Assembly: GCA_964388035.1 (NCBI GenBank)
Contig: CAYLZE010000009.1
Span: forward strand, 36,801 to 100,800
DNA: 64,000 nt
Origin: an uncultured archaeon
Lineage (GTDB): Archaea; Asgardarchaeota; Lokiarchaeia; Sigyniarchaeales; SOKP01
Direction of reading: 5' to 3'
Part shown: one piece after another, positions 63,844 to 64,000 of the stretch
Layout of the letters: the number at the start of each line of letters is the position of its first letter
Position numbering within the stretch: position 1 is the first letter of the stretch
Position numbers and translations under genes: made by a program
Notes under the pieces: model-generated
Told to the model about the DNA's origin: nothing
Seen by the model: the letters and a program-made list of their open reading frames with translations, nothing else
Database searches by the model: none

Positions 63844-64000
63844 TCAATTTGAAATGAAAATAGCGTTCAAGTTTGAAATATAATCGTTTAATCGTTCTTT
63901 TTCTAAATGATAATATGTATAATTTCCTTTTTTATATCCCGTGATTAAACCGGCTGTTTCAAGTTTTCTAAGGTGATGAGAGACAGTTGATTGGGATTTA
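63844..64000 (-). CDS. Partial ArsR/SmtB-family regulator (C-terminal part; runs off window)
   Basis: KSQSTVSHHLRKLETAGLITGYKKGNYTYY...SN*; not in the ORF track. Confidence 0.85.
   Translation of the reverse strand, partial: KSQSTVSHHLRKLETAGLITGYKKGNYTYYHLEKERLNDYISNLNAIFISN

Overview
AT-rich chromosomal window whose gene content (Arf-like GTPase fused to a longin/roadblock-like domain, uDENN-like protein, archaeal korDABC, split methylmalonyl-CoA mutase, stand-alone Lrp/AsnC ligand-binding domain) points to an Asgard archaeon, probably Lokiarchaeia (inference). It is mostly anaerobic amino-acid and acyl-CoA catabolism: a 2-hydroxyacyl-CoA dehydratase-like cluster, a corrinoid/MtaA pair, rocD, korDABC, sucCD, thiolase, acyl-CoA ligase, MCM and a bacterial-type lysine fermentation operon (kdd-kamA-kamB-kamD-kamE-kal). 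A toxin-antitoxin cluster lies at the left end. The most novel element is a co-directional module at 26.7-29.6 kb: uDENN/longin-like protein, two paralogous 7-TM proteins and an Arf-like GTPase, resembling a primitive membrane receptor-GEF-GTPase signalling unit. The ORF track hides it because of an in-frame TAG and a 1-nt frameshift. Other highlights are a di-ubiquitin-like protein ending in GG, a BON-DUF998 fusion, an EamA-RAM fusion with a partner RAM protein, an orphan ParB-Zn-finger gene with a palindromic site, and many frameshifted or stop-interrupted genes. No rRNA, tRNA, CRISPR array or intact mobile element was seen. All assignments come from motif recognition by eye; no searches were run.
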